Made by a program: the position numbers and the translations under genes. DNA of 48,710 bases from Candidatus Aminicenantes bacterium. Lineage in GTDB: Bacteria > Acidobacteriota > Aminicenantia > Aminicenantales > Aminicenantaceae. The DNA lies in contig JACUUK010000003.1 of NCBI GenBank assembly GCA_014859315.1, forward strand, positions 1 through 48,710. The letters are read 5' to 3'. The notes under the pieces are model-generated. The model searched no databases. It was not told the origin of the DNA and was given only the letters and a program-made list of their open reading frames with translations. Shown here in pieces: positions 32,272-41,683 of the stretch. Every line of letters starts with the position of its first letter. Position 1 is the first letter of the stretch.

Positions 32272-33243
32272 TTACCCCATAAAATCCCAGGCAAGATGGA
32301 TTGCTTCAATCATGCTTTGTGGATTTGCAATTCCTTTTCCTGCAATATCGAAGGCGGTCCCATGGTCTGGTGATGTGCGGATAAAAGGAAGCCCTAATGT
32401 CACATTGACTCCCTGGTCGAAAACTTCAAGCTTGAATGGAATTAGCCCTTGATCGTGGTAGAGCGCGATAACTATTATATCTGGCTGGTTTAAGGCAATT
32501 CTGAATACAGTATCAGGAGGGAAGGGGCCGCTAATAGAGAGGCCTTTTTTTTGTGCTGTTTGGATAGCCGGAAGGATTTCGTTTGTTTCTTCTGAGCCAA
32601 GAAGTCCTTCTTCTCCTGCATGGGGGTTAAGGCCGGAGACAAAGAAACGATATTTTTTTTTACCAACTTTCTGGATGTTTTCATTCAAAGTCAAAAAGAA
32701 TTCTTCCAACGCCTTTCTTTTTATTATTTTTATGGCATTCATTAAAGATACATGATGCGAAAAAAGGACTACTTTAAGCTTTTTTGACCAGAAACTCATG
32801 ATGGCATTAGGGTAAGTTTGGTTGAGGTACTCTGTGTGCCCAGCCCATTTTATTCCAGCTAAGGACCAAGAAAGTTTGGATATGGGTGCAGTGACTATTG
32901 CATGAATGGTTCCCTTTTGAGCTTCTTTGACAGCTTTTTCAAAATAAAGGAAGGATGCTTGTCCATTTTCCTTATGAGGAGCTCCAACCGGTATTCCTTG
33001 TAAGGGAGCTGCTACATCATAGAAAGATATAGAGTGTGAAGGATATTTTTTTGCTTGGTGGAAGGGATGTATATCAAAATTTAAGCCCAATGTTTCACTT
33101 GTTTTATTGAACAATTGAAGAGAACCGAAAATAACATAATGAGCATTCGGGAGGGAAGAAAGTCGTGAAAGGGCTTTTAGAGTGATTTCGGGCCCAATTC
33201 CTCCTGGATCCCCAAGAGAAATCCCGATCTTGGGAGTTGTCAT
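32272..33243 (-). CDS. pdxA: 4-hydroxythreonine-4-phosphate dehydrogenase PdxA
   Basis: GDPGGIGPE, GHTEY, LNPHAGE, YHDQGLIP, RTSPDHGTAFDIAG. Confidence 0.95.
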   Translation of the reverse strand: MTTPKIGISLGDPGGIGPEITLKALSRLSSLPNAHYVIFGSLQLFNKTSETLGLNFDIHPFHQAKKYPSHSISFYDVAAPLQGIPVGAPHKENGQASFLYFEKAVKEAQKGTIHAIVTAPISKLSWSLAGIKWAGHTEYLNQTYPNAIMSFWSKKLKVVLFSHHVSLMNAIKIIKRKALEEFFLTLNENIQKVGKKKYRFFVSGLNPHAGEEGLLGSEETNEILPAIQTAQKKGLSISGPFPPDTVFRIALNQPDIIVIALYHDQGLIPFKLEVFDQGVNVTLGLPFIRTSPDHGTAFDIAGKGIANPQSMIEAIHLAWDFMG

Positions 33244-33596
33244 TTCTTCTTTTCTGATGTTGATTTTTTTTCTGATTGACCCTTTGTACTTTTCTTTATT
33301 TCCTTCTTGTCCTCGAGCTTGTAGATGTACTTGATGCTTCTCTTATAAACCAGGAGGTTTGGATTGTCAGCCCTATTTAGTTTGATGCAATTTCTGTCAT
33401 ACCATTCTATTTGTCCTTCGATTGTTTCTCCATCGTTGAAAACAATAATCATAGGAGTCTTTTTGTTCATTTGTTTGAGGTAATAATAATTTTCGGCAAA
33501 GGTATCGTAGGAAGGATGTATTTTTTTCCTTTGTGTTTCACGGGTCATTTTCTCTTTGATCTCAGAGAAGTTAGGACGGATAAGTTTCCTGTTCAT
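33240..33596 (-). CDS. Divergent Hfq/LSm-family RNA chaperone
   Basis: Sm1-like VFNDGETIEGQIEWYD and Sm2-like LLVYKRSIKYI; basic N- and C-terminal tails. Confidence 0.8.
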   Translation of the reverse strand: MNRKLIRPNFSEIKEKMTRETQRKKIHPSYDTFAENYYYLKQMNKKTPMIIVFNDGETIEGQIEWYDRNCIKLNRADNPNLLVYKRSIKYIYKLEDKKEIKKSTKGQSEKKSTSEKKK

Positions 33597-33647
33597 AACG
33601 TTGGTCTCCTTGTTTTTGCTTGAGAAAAACTATTATAATTTAAAAAT

Positions 33648-33676
33648 ATATTAGCACTCTTTTCATGATTTTTCAA
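33648..33676 (-). promoter_or_regulatory. Sigma70 promoter of the hfq-like gene and pdxA
   Basis: Minus strand TTGAAA-N17-TAATAT with a TG extension. Confidence 0.5.
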
Positions 33677-33771
33677 CAAATATACTGAATTTCTTTAATG
33701 GTCCTTTTGAAACCGGGTATATCGTCCAAGAATTTTGTGGATTGTTGCTATTTTTCGCAGGATTATATGAG

Positions 33772-35031
33772 TCAGATGACCATGCCTTCGAAATATTCAA
33801 AGGTCCTGTTAAGGGAAAGGTGCTTCAAGCCCACCCGGCCGATATCGTATGGAAGATTGATAGTCTCTATGTTATGGCCGGCATTAATCAGCTCGGCCAC
33901 AATGCGGGCTGAAAAAGGTGCGTGCATCAAGCCATGTCCGCTAAATCCTGCCGCATGGATGAGGTTGTGAATGTTAAGATCATAGCCAAATAGCGGGTTG
34001 TGGTCGGGAGTAGTGTCATAGAATCCAGTTGTAACCGCCACGAGTCTTCCCATGTCCTGAACAGCTGGCAAAAACTGGGTTATCTCTTTGCGCACGGCCG
34101 AACCATATTCATTGAAACCAAGCCCGAAGCCAGGTTCGATATCGTCTTGGTTATCGAGCGTGGGGGTAGCCGGTTTAGCGTGTTGCAGCCAGCCCATCAT
34201 AATCTGCTGGTTTTCAGGCCGGCAGTAAGCGCCATACGGTGTTACGATCATCGGGAGTGACGGAAAATCCGCCATTTTTAGCCCCCAGTCACTATCCTTC
34301 TTCAGGCCATCCAAAAAGTACAGATACCGGCGCTCTGCTGTAATAGGCAGGTCTATTCCTCCAAATAGCCGTGAAATCCCCGGTGCCCAGACGTTCGCTG
34401 TGTTTAGAAAAACGTCAGCCTCAATCCTTCGGCCCGAATTAAGGATGACGGCGATAGCCTTAGAACCGGAAATTTCAGCTTTAACAACCGGGTCGTTCTG
34501 AATGATTTCGACTCCGAGTTTTCTTGCTGCCTGTGAGCAGTCCTGATAGATGATGTTCGGGAATAGAAAGCCGTCTTTGGGACACCAGGTTCCACCGACA
34601 ATACCAATGGTGTCAATATAAGGGAAGTGTTCGCTTAATGCCGCTTCGTCAAGCCATTCCACTTCTTTGAGGCCTGCTTTCTGTTGCATGGTAACTTGCC
34701 GCTTTACTGCTTCGACGTCGGCCATGTAATTTTTCAAAAATAAATAGCCGTTCTGGCGAATTGGAGATTGGCTATTTTCTATAATATCTGTCCAGTGTTT
34801 GAAAAAATTGATGGAATATAGCATTCCCTGGACTGTGCACAATGTTTCGAACTGAGCTCGGATGCATGCTGCTGAACGTGAGCTTGCGCCACTTCCCAGA
34901 TGGCGTGCTTCAACCAGAATCACCTTTGCTCCCATTCTGGCCAATTCCCAGGCCGAAAGTACGCCAGTCACACCACCTCCGATGATGACTATGTTTTTGT
35001 AGGAAGCATTGGCGACAGGTGCTGTTGTCAT
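33772..35031 (-). CDS. FAD-dependent oxidoreductase, DAO / sarcosine oxidase beta-like
   Basis: IIGGGVTG, GASSRSAA, TPDHNP, GFSGHGLMHAP. Confidence 0.88.
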   Translation of the reverse strand: MTTAPVANASYKNIVIIGGGVTGVLSAWELARMGAKVILVEARHLGSGASSRSAACIRAQFETLCTVQGMLYSINFFKHWTDIIENSQSPIRQNGYLFLKNYMADVEAVKRQVTMQQKAGLKEVEWLDEAALSEHFPYIDTIGIVGGTWCPKDGFLFPNIIYQDCSQAARKLGVEIIQNDPVVKAEISGSKAIAVILNSGRRIEADVFLNTANVWAPGISRLFGGIDLPITAERRYLYFLDGLKKDSDWGLKMADFPSLPMIVTPYGAYCRPENQQIMMGWLQHAKPATPTLDNQDDIEPGFGLGFNEYGSAVRKEITQFLPAVQDMGRLVAVTTGFYDTTPDHNPLFGYDLNIHNLIHAAGFSGHGLMHAPFSARIVAELINAGHNIETINLPYDIGRVGLKHLSLNRTFEYFEGMVI

Positions 35032-35113
35032 CGTTTCTCCTCCATATAAGTGTTTAGTTTTAGTTAATAGAGTCTTTTTAAATTATTGAATGGATCATTG
35101 TTGCAGCTTAGCA

Positions 35114-35142
35114 ATTTTAGAAAAACAAGAAATCCATGTCAA
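35114..35142 (-). promoter_or_regulatory. Sigma70 promoter of the FAD oxidoreductase
   Basis: Minus strand TTGACA-N17-TAAAAT. Confidence 0.65.
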
Positions 35143-35275
35143 TGAAAAATAAGAATAAACCATAAATTTTAAAGTTTTTCACAAGCTCAAACCAAGCTAT
35201 CTATGATAGATATTTTGTGATGTAAGATGTTTGAAAATTGACATCTTCGGTGCAATGTAATAATTAAAAGAAAGT

Positions 35276-35866
35276 ATGATGTGGTATATCATTGTTGGGT
35301 GCCTTTTTTCTTATTTTGTAGGGTCTATTCCTTTTTCATATATTATCGCTAGATTGGTTAAAGGAATTGATATTCGTGTGGTAGGTGAAGGGAATGTCGG
35401 AGCCAGAAATGTCTGGCATGTTATAGGCAAAAAATACGGCGCACTTGCCGGAGCACTTGATGTTGGCAAAGGATTGGCGGCCTATTTTATTGGTTCTTTT
35501 CTGGGCTTAGGACCTGTCTGGATCTGGCTTTGCGGTGTCTGCGTTGTTTTAGGGCACGGCTTTCCCCTTTTTCTTAAAGGCCGTGGAGGCAAAGGAGCTG
35601 CTTGTGCCATGGGTTTCTGTATGGGAATGCAGCCTCTTGTCATAATTATAAGCAGCATAATCATTGGCCTCGTCTATCTCCCAACTCGGAACTTTCACCT
35701 GGCATTAGGAACTGGCATGGGAAGCATTCCTCTTCTCTGGCGGTTTCTAATGAATAAATCATGGGAAGAGTTTGTGATTGTAACTTCTTTTCTGCTTCTA
35801 TTAGGCTTGAAAAGATTGATAGATGAGCCGTATATGAGGAAAATAAAGCAAATATCAGGGTGGTAG
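35276..35866 (+). CDS. PlsY-family membrane acyltransferase (paralog-like)
   Basis: GSIPF, DIR..GEGNVGARN, DVGKG, GH.FP...GGKG; the motif-3 His is absent. Confidence 0.85.
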   Translation: MMWYIIVGCLFSYFVGSIPFSYIIARLVKGIDIRVVGEGNVGARNVWHVIGKKYGALAGALDVGKGLAAYFIGSFLGLGPVWIWLCGVCVVLGHGFPLFLKGRGGKGAACAMGFCMGMQPLVIIISSIIIGLVYLPTRNFHLALGTGMGSIPLLWRFLMNKSWEEFVIVTSFLLLLGLKRLIDEPYMRKIKQISGW

Positions 35867-35872
35867 GAAACA

Positions 35873-37009
35873 GTGGAATTCCTGCAAGTTTTAATTACTT
35901 TTTTGCTTGTTCTTCTTTTTATGAACATGCTCCTCAACCTGAGAATGCTTGATGACCAAGAGACGGTTGAGAATAAGACTGAGAATAAGACTGATTTGCC
36001 GCTTATATCGGTTCTACTCCCAGTGAGAAACGAAGAGAAAAACATTCATAATTGTATTCTGTCTCTTCTCGAGCAAAATTATCCTTATCTGGAAATCATT
36101 ATTCTCGATGATGATTCCACTGATAACACATTCCAAATTGCTAAGCAGCTTGCCCAGAAATCAAAAAAACTGAAAGTTGTAAAAGGAAAAGACCTTCCAA
36201 AGGATTGGAATGGAAAAAACTGGGCCTGCCACCAGCTTTCCCAATTAGCCAGAGGTGAATGGTTCCTTTTCACAGATGCTGACACGGTCCATAAAGAAAG
36301 CTCGATTTCTAAAGCTTTTTCCGTTGCCCAGAAAAATGATTCTGTATTCCTTACTTTTCTTCCTGGATTAACGATGAAAACCTGGTCTGAAAAACTTCTA
36401 CTTCCGATTATGCATTTTGCTTTTACTGTTCTTATCCCTTTCAATCTTATAAATTACTCAGGGCACTCGCGAGTTCCTGTTGGGATTGGACCATTTATGT
36501 TCATCAAGAAAAAATCTTTTTTAACTTGTGGAGGTTATAAAGCCATAAAGAATGAAATTGTTGATGATATGGCTTTGGCTAAAGCTGTCCATAAAAACAA
36601 TGGGAAAATTACTGTCATCAATGGGTCACCATTTATGAATGTCAGGTTTTATACAAAGTTACAAGAAATATGGAAAGGATTTTCAAAAAATTCATATCCA
36701 GCCATTAGCTCTTCCCCTCATTTTCTTATTTTTGTCATTATCTTCTGCTATTTTCTGTTTGTCTATCCCTATATTTCTCTTTGGGGCGCATTTGAATCCA
36801 ATGAAGGCCTGACTCATCCTTTGCTCCAAGTTTGCATTATATCCTTCATGAAAATATTTCTGGCCTTGAAATTCGAGACAAGTTTGTTCTATGGACTTCT
36901 CCACCCTTTTTCTGTAATATTATGGCTTTTGATACTTCTGAATTCCTTCCGCCTCTCAGTTTTCAAGAAAAAATTTGAATGGAAGGAAAGACTGTATCCC
37001 ATCGAATAA
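35873..37009 (+). CDS. GT2 membrane glycosyltransferase (CrtQ/CruC/HpnB-like)
   Basis: PVRNEE, LDDDSTD, GKNWAC, FTDAD, IVDDMALA, GFSKN; N- and C-terminal TM segments; GTG start. Confidence 0.88.
   Translation: MEFLQVLITFLLVLLFMNMLLNLRMLDDQETVENKTENKTDLPLISVLLPVRNEEKNIHNCILSLLEQNYPYLEIIILDDDSTDNTFQIAKQLAQKSKKLKVVKGKDLPKDWNGKNWACHQLSQLARGEWFLFTDADTVHKESSISKAFSVAQKNDSVFLTFLPGLTMKTWSEKLLLPIMHFAFTVLIPFNLINYSGHSRVPVGIGPFMFIKKKSFLTCGGYKAIKNEIVDDMALAKAVHKNNGKITVINGSPFMNVRFYTKLQEIWKGFSKNSYPAISSSPHFLIFVIIFCYFLFVYPYISLWGAFESNEGLTHPLLQVCIISFMKIFLALKFETSLFYGLLHPFSVILWLLILLNSFRLSVFKKKFEWKERLYPIE
35968..35994 (+). repeat. In-frame 12-bp tandem duplication
   Basis: TGAGAATAAGAC x2 plus TGA, encoding ENKTENKT. 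Confidence 0.85.
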
Positions 37010-37110
37010 CCAATGACACCAAATAATCGCTGGAAGCTGTCAATATTTTAATGCCTGGTTCGAGCAAAAAGTATTTGTTAATGGAAATGAGATTGTATAT
37101 ATCCCCAGAA

Positions 37111-37773
37111 TTATTGAGCTAAAAAAGGTTTTAAAGCGCGCAGCCAATTTAAAGCAAGCTCCCTGTAGCCTTCTCTTGAAGGATGAACTGCGGGCAGCAG
37201 TTTGGGAGAATCAGCAAAAATTGTATGGTTATCCACGAGAGGAATGTTTTCTTCCATGCAGATCTTTTTTATTAATGGGTTGATTTCTTCAGTAACACGG
37301 GATGCAGAATTCTTGTTAAAAGGGAAACTTACGTTATCAGGAATAGGAGGAATTGTTGCAAGGAGAATTTGGCTCTCTTTTCCAGATCGTGCCGTAAGTG
37401 TCCTTAAAATAGAAATAATATTTTTCATGTTCATGTAGAATTGAAGAGATTCTGTTTTATCGTGGTCTATGCGGACATCGTTTGTTCCAAGCTGAAGAAG
37501 AATAAAATCAGGGTGTTCGTTGGATAATGTTTCTTTATTTTTGTTTAAAAAATTAAGATACTCCCCCGAGGTATTTCCGCTTATGCCATAATTAAGAACT
37601 CTTGCTTTTATCCCTTCACGTTTTAACGTCTTTTGAAGATAGCTTGGATAAATAGATTCAGTGATGCTGTCTCCTGCGCAGAGGATAATTAATCCATTTG
37701 AAGAGGGTTTGCAGGAAAATAGTAAAGGGACAAGAAGAAGTGCAAAAAGGTAGGTGCTTTTTAGAGAATTCAT
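37111..37773 (-). CDS. SGNH/GDSL hydrolase, probable lipoprotein
   Basis: GDSIT, GISG, LGTND, VHP; lipobox-like LFSC. Confidence 0.88.
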   Translation of the reverse strand: MNSLKSTYLFALLLVPLLFSCKPSSNGLIILCAGDSITESIYPSYLQKTLKREGIKARVLNYGISGNTSGEYLNFLNKNKETLSNEHPDFILLQLGTNDVRIDHDKTESLQFYMNMKNIISILRTLTARSGKESQILLATIPPIPDNVSFPFNKNSASRVTEEINPLIKKICMEENIPLVDNHTIFADSPKLLPAVHPSREGYRELALNWLRALKPFLAQ

Positions 37774-37847
37774 ATTAGATTATATATTTTATCTAAGAGG
37801 AAAAATAAAGCAAATATGATTGATTTGAAGTTATATTGAAGTTGTTT

Positions 37848-40034
37848 TTAAATCCGCCACCAGTAAGAAAATTTTATGAAATAGTACCTGCCTTCTCCTC
37901 GGAATATGCCTGAATCATCTTTTTCCTGGTTGTCATCGACTCCCAGATAAAATACAGTTCCAGGCCTAAGTTCATAACTTAGGAGAATACTGTTGTAGAG
38001 TTTTTTATAATAGTCATTGTAATCAGTAATCAAGCGCAGGGATAATGTTCGTGAAATTTGGTAGCTTATGCGCTGACTGATAATATTGATGGAATAAACT
38101 CTTTCTCCGCCCTTGCTTTCGCTGAATTCGTTGTTGTTGAAGTTATAAAACAGGCGAAAATTCGTGAGTGGTTTGATTGTCAATCGGAATCCTACGGAGG
38201 TTTTGTATCCCAGGTATGGATTTTCATCATAGTAAATTCCGTCTCCAAAAGAAAGAGAGAGATTTGCACTTAACCAGGAAAATGGCTCTGAACCGAAATG
38301 CATGCGGAATGAATTTTTGTGAAAATTTATCCCATTATACCTTTCCATTTCGGAACTAAATCCCCATCCGAGGTAGGATTGTCGCCAGCCGCTTATAAAA
38401 CAAGAAAGCTCATATTCTTCATCGGTTAAGGTATTATTAAAGTCATAGATTCTTTTGTATTCCAAAGAAGGCCGGACAGAAATCACCCATTGATTTTGAG
38501 GAAGGAATGTATATCCGATGCGAGTATTGAATGATTGGATATCTTTGCGGCGAAAAAAGCCAGTAGATGCCTCAAATTCTTCGGGAATTCTTGTGTAATC
38601 GGCAGAAAATGAGATATGCCGGGATGCATGGCTGAAGTTTAACTTTGCTGCAGGAGCTAAGCTGGTTTTTTTATCTCCGAGTTTAGTTTGAGAGCCTATG
38701 ATTTGGAATGTGAACCTGTTGTAGCTTTTGATTTTGAAATGTCCGTCTATCCCTGCGACTCTGTTATAGTCTTGCTGAGTCCCGTTCAAGGAATTTCCCA
38801 TTTCTTTATCTGTGAAAATCAGGCCTATATGAGACTCTGGATAGAGGTCTTGTTTTAATCGAAAAATATTAATGAATGCCCTTCTTCCGGAAAAATCTTC
38901 GGAAGAATCCTCGGAGAAGTCCTCTGATGATAACTCAATTTCTGTGGAGTTTTCATCATAAGCACTTAAGAAGCCAACAGTCGTTTTTCCAACCTTTCCG
39001 GACAGTTTAATCCCCAATTGAGGGTCGACAATTTTTCGCGTATACACCAACTCCATTGGAGTATCGAAAAAATCTTTTCCTTCCAAAAAGAAAGGCCTTT
39101 TTTCTGGATAGCGTAGAGCATATCTTTGGTTTACGTCGATTTGTGGCATGTCGGCTTCAATCTGACTGAAATCCGGATTAAACGTGATGTCTGCACTTAG
39201 ATTTGAAGTGATGCCATATTTGAGGTTTAAGGCTGGTTCTGGATTAAATTTTTCTTGAGGCTCTTTTCGCCCTGTTATGACAGGCATAATCTCAAAATTT
39301 TTGCCTTTTTCTATGATGCCGTCTACTTGTAATATTCCAGTTTGAATCAGAAAGCCGTTTACATCTCGAGAACGGGGATACCAATAGATCTCTTCGTTTT
39401 TCCGCCGGATTTTTCTTTGAATCTGGAATCCCCAAGTTTGAGGACGACTGTTAGGGAATCTAAGGCTTTTAAATGGGATTGCAAGCTCTATTGTGTATCC
39501 ATTCTCATCAATATGACCACCGGACAGGAAAAATGTGTCCCAGTTCTTATCAACTCGTTCAAACCCACCGCCCCTGTGTTGCCTTTGACTCTCTGAGTAA
39601 ATCCCGTCGCTTTGGACCCCATGTGGGTTCACCTGGAAGACAAAAGCTCTTTTTTTGTCGTTGAAAGTATCGATGTAAATTGTCACTTCATCGTCACCAT
39701 ATACTTTATCCCGTTGAGAAAGAGATGCGCGGATTGCATTTGGGCTTGAATCAAAGCATTGGACTGCAATGTATAGATTTTTTTTATCGAACCCCACATA
39801 AGCCACAGTCTTTTCGGAGGGAAGAACTCCCTCTTGAGGTTCGTACTGCGTGAAGCTTTCAAGAACAGCCCCTTCTAACCAAATCGGATTTTCCAATTTG
39901 CCATCAATTTTCGGCGAAGTTGAGAATTCTGGAACTTTTATATGATATTCCAAATTATTTTTTTCTTTGGAAAATGATGGGATAACAAGAATAAGTAAAA
40001 AAAGATAGATTTATAGCTTTTTTATGCGTTTCAT
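37848..40034 (-). pseudogene. CBM9-like/DUF5916 outer-membrane protein with an in-frame stop in its signal peptide
   Basis: PKIDGKLE..W, DTFND, FQVNPHGVQ, ELAIPFKSLRF, NPDFSQIEAD, EKRPFFLEG, terminal FIKFSYWWRI. The ATG at 40034 reads MKRIKKL*IYLFLLILVIPSFS in frame with the 37848-39953 ORF. Confidence 0.7.
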
Positions 40035-40076
40035 TTGTAAAACCTGCTTTGTTCTTTGTTGTCTCTCTATGAAGGA

Positions 40077-41645
40077 TTAATTTCCTAATATATTAGAGAT
40101 TGTGACATTTTTTTCCTTTAGTGTTATACCTAATGCCTGACTCAATCGGGCTAAAGATAGATTATAATCGATAATCGCTCTTAGCTCCGTAGTTTGAGCA
40201 TTTGCAAGGTCTCTCTGGTACTGAAGCACAAGATAATTTGTTGAAAGCCCGACTTTAAATTTTTCTTCCTCGGCGTTTAATTTTGTTTCGGCCAGTTCCC
40301 TTGCTGCTTTATAAGCTTGGACCCGTTTATAGTTTGTCTGAACGGCTCTTACAGAGTTCTTAATCTCCAAAAAGATCTGCTGTTCCTGATTCTTTAGCTT
40401 GAGTATAGATTGCTCTAAATTGACTCTTGCCTGGGCATAGGAGGCACGAGATAGAACAGAATTTATTGGGACAGAAAGAGTTAGCCCAACTGACCAATTC
40501 TTGTATCTGAAATTAAAGGCATCACTTAAGGCATCTGAAGATCCTCCCGGAACTTTTCCGATCACAATTCCTGTTAAAGGATTGTTATTGAGATATATTA
40601 TTTGATCCCCTGAAATGCCTGGGCTCCAGTAGGATGCTTGAAGGCTTAAATCAGGGAGGAGTTGATTCTTGGCATAACTTAAGTTGATTTCTTTATTTTT
40701 CAAATCAATTCTTGTGGATTGCAAATCGGGCCTGTTTTCCATGGCAATAACAAGAGCATCCTCAAGACTCACCTCTTTTTTTTCATAAGCGGGTTGGTCT
40801 TTGGGAAGGATTTGGGCTAAATCGACTTCCTGAAATTCTCCCTGTAGGTTCATAATCGTTTTTAATCTATCTTCATTGTTCTTCACAAGGGCTTCTGCTT
40901 CAAGAATATCTGCTTCCCTTGTAGCTACTTCTGCCTGGGCGTTTAAGATTTCGATAGGAGCCATGGTCCCGATTTCTACGGCTTTCTTGTTTTTCTCTAA
41001 CAGATTCTTGGCTAATTCTAAGGACTGCTGTCTAACTTTGAGATTTTCGATGCTATAGACCAAATTCCAGTAAGATTCTTCTACGCTGTAGATGGTGTCT
41101 TGAAGAGATTTCTTGAAATTATTTTCTGAAATATCCTTGTTGTTCTTTGCCACGATTATTTCTTTACGGCTGATATTGTATCCAAAATTTTTCAATAAAG
41201 GTTGTGAAAAATTCAAGCGCAGAGTGCTTCCATAGCGGGGGTTGATTGTCTGAAAACTTCTATTTGTATCGTTTTTATAAGAGTCAAGAGAAACAACAAA
41301 ACTGCCGCCTGTGGGGATGAGCTGTGTGATTTGAGCTGAATAGTCGTTATACATCGAAGTAATATTCTCTGCAGCTTCGATCCAGGAATAGGAAGCAGAG
41401 TTTGTATCTCTTTTGTTATAGCTAATAGAAAATTGAGGCATGAATTTTTCTTTGGTAAGAGAAATGGAAATTCCTGCAAGTTCAGGGTTTAAAATTTCCA
41501 CAGCAATGCCAAGGTTGTTTTCCAATGCTTTCTGAATACATTCATCAAGGGAAAGTGAAAATGCCTTTTCGTTTTGTTGAGCGTGCATCATAGTAGTCAG
41601 GCCGAAAATCATTATAATAAGAAATCTGATTGTTTTTTTAACCAT
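40077..41645 (-). CDS. TolC-family outer membrane efflux protein
   Basis: LSLDECIQKALENN, FSQPLLK, NRPDL, LLPDLSL, coiled-coil repeats; signal peptide. Confidence 0.92.
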   Translation of the reverse strand: MVKKTIRFLIIMIFGLTTMMHAQQNEKAFSLSLDECIQKALENNLGIAVEILNPELAGISISLTKEKFMPQFSISYNKRDTNSASYSWIEAAENITSMYNDYSAQITQLIPTGGSFVVSLDSYKNDTNRSFQTINPRYGSTLRLNFSQPLLKNFGYNISRKEIIVAKNNKDISENNFKKSLQDTIYSVEESYWNLVYSIENLKVRQQSLELAKNLLEKNKKAVEIGTMAPIEILNAQAEVATREADILEAEALVKNNEDRLKTIMNLQGEFQEVDLAQILPKDQPAYEKKEVSLEDALVIAMENRPDLQSTRIDLKNKEINLSYAKNQLLPDLSLQASYWSPGISGDQIIYLNNNPLTGIVIGKVPGGSSDALSDAFNFRYKNWSVGLTLSVPINSVLSRASYAQARVNLEQSILKLKNQEQQIFLEIKNSVRAVQTNYKRVQAYKAARELAETKLNAEEEKFKVGLSTNYLVLQYQRDLANAQTTELRAIIDYNLSLARLSQALGITLKEKNVTISNILGN

Positions 41646-41683
41646 TGTGTCCTCCTTAGTTCAATAATGTGTATATAATTTTT

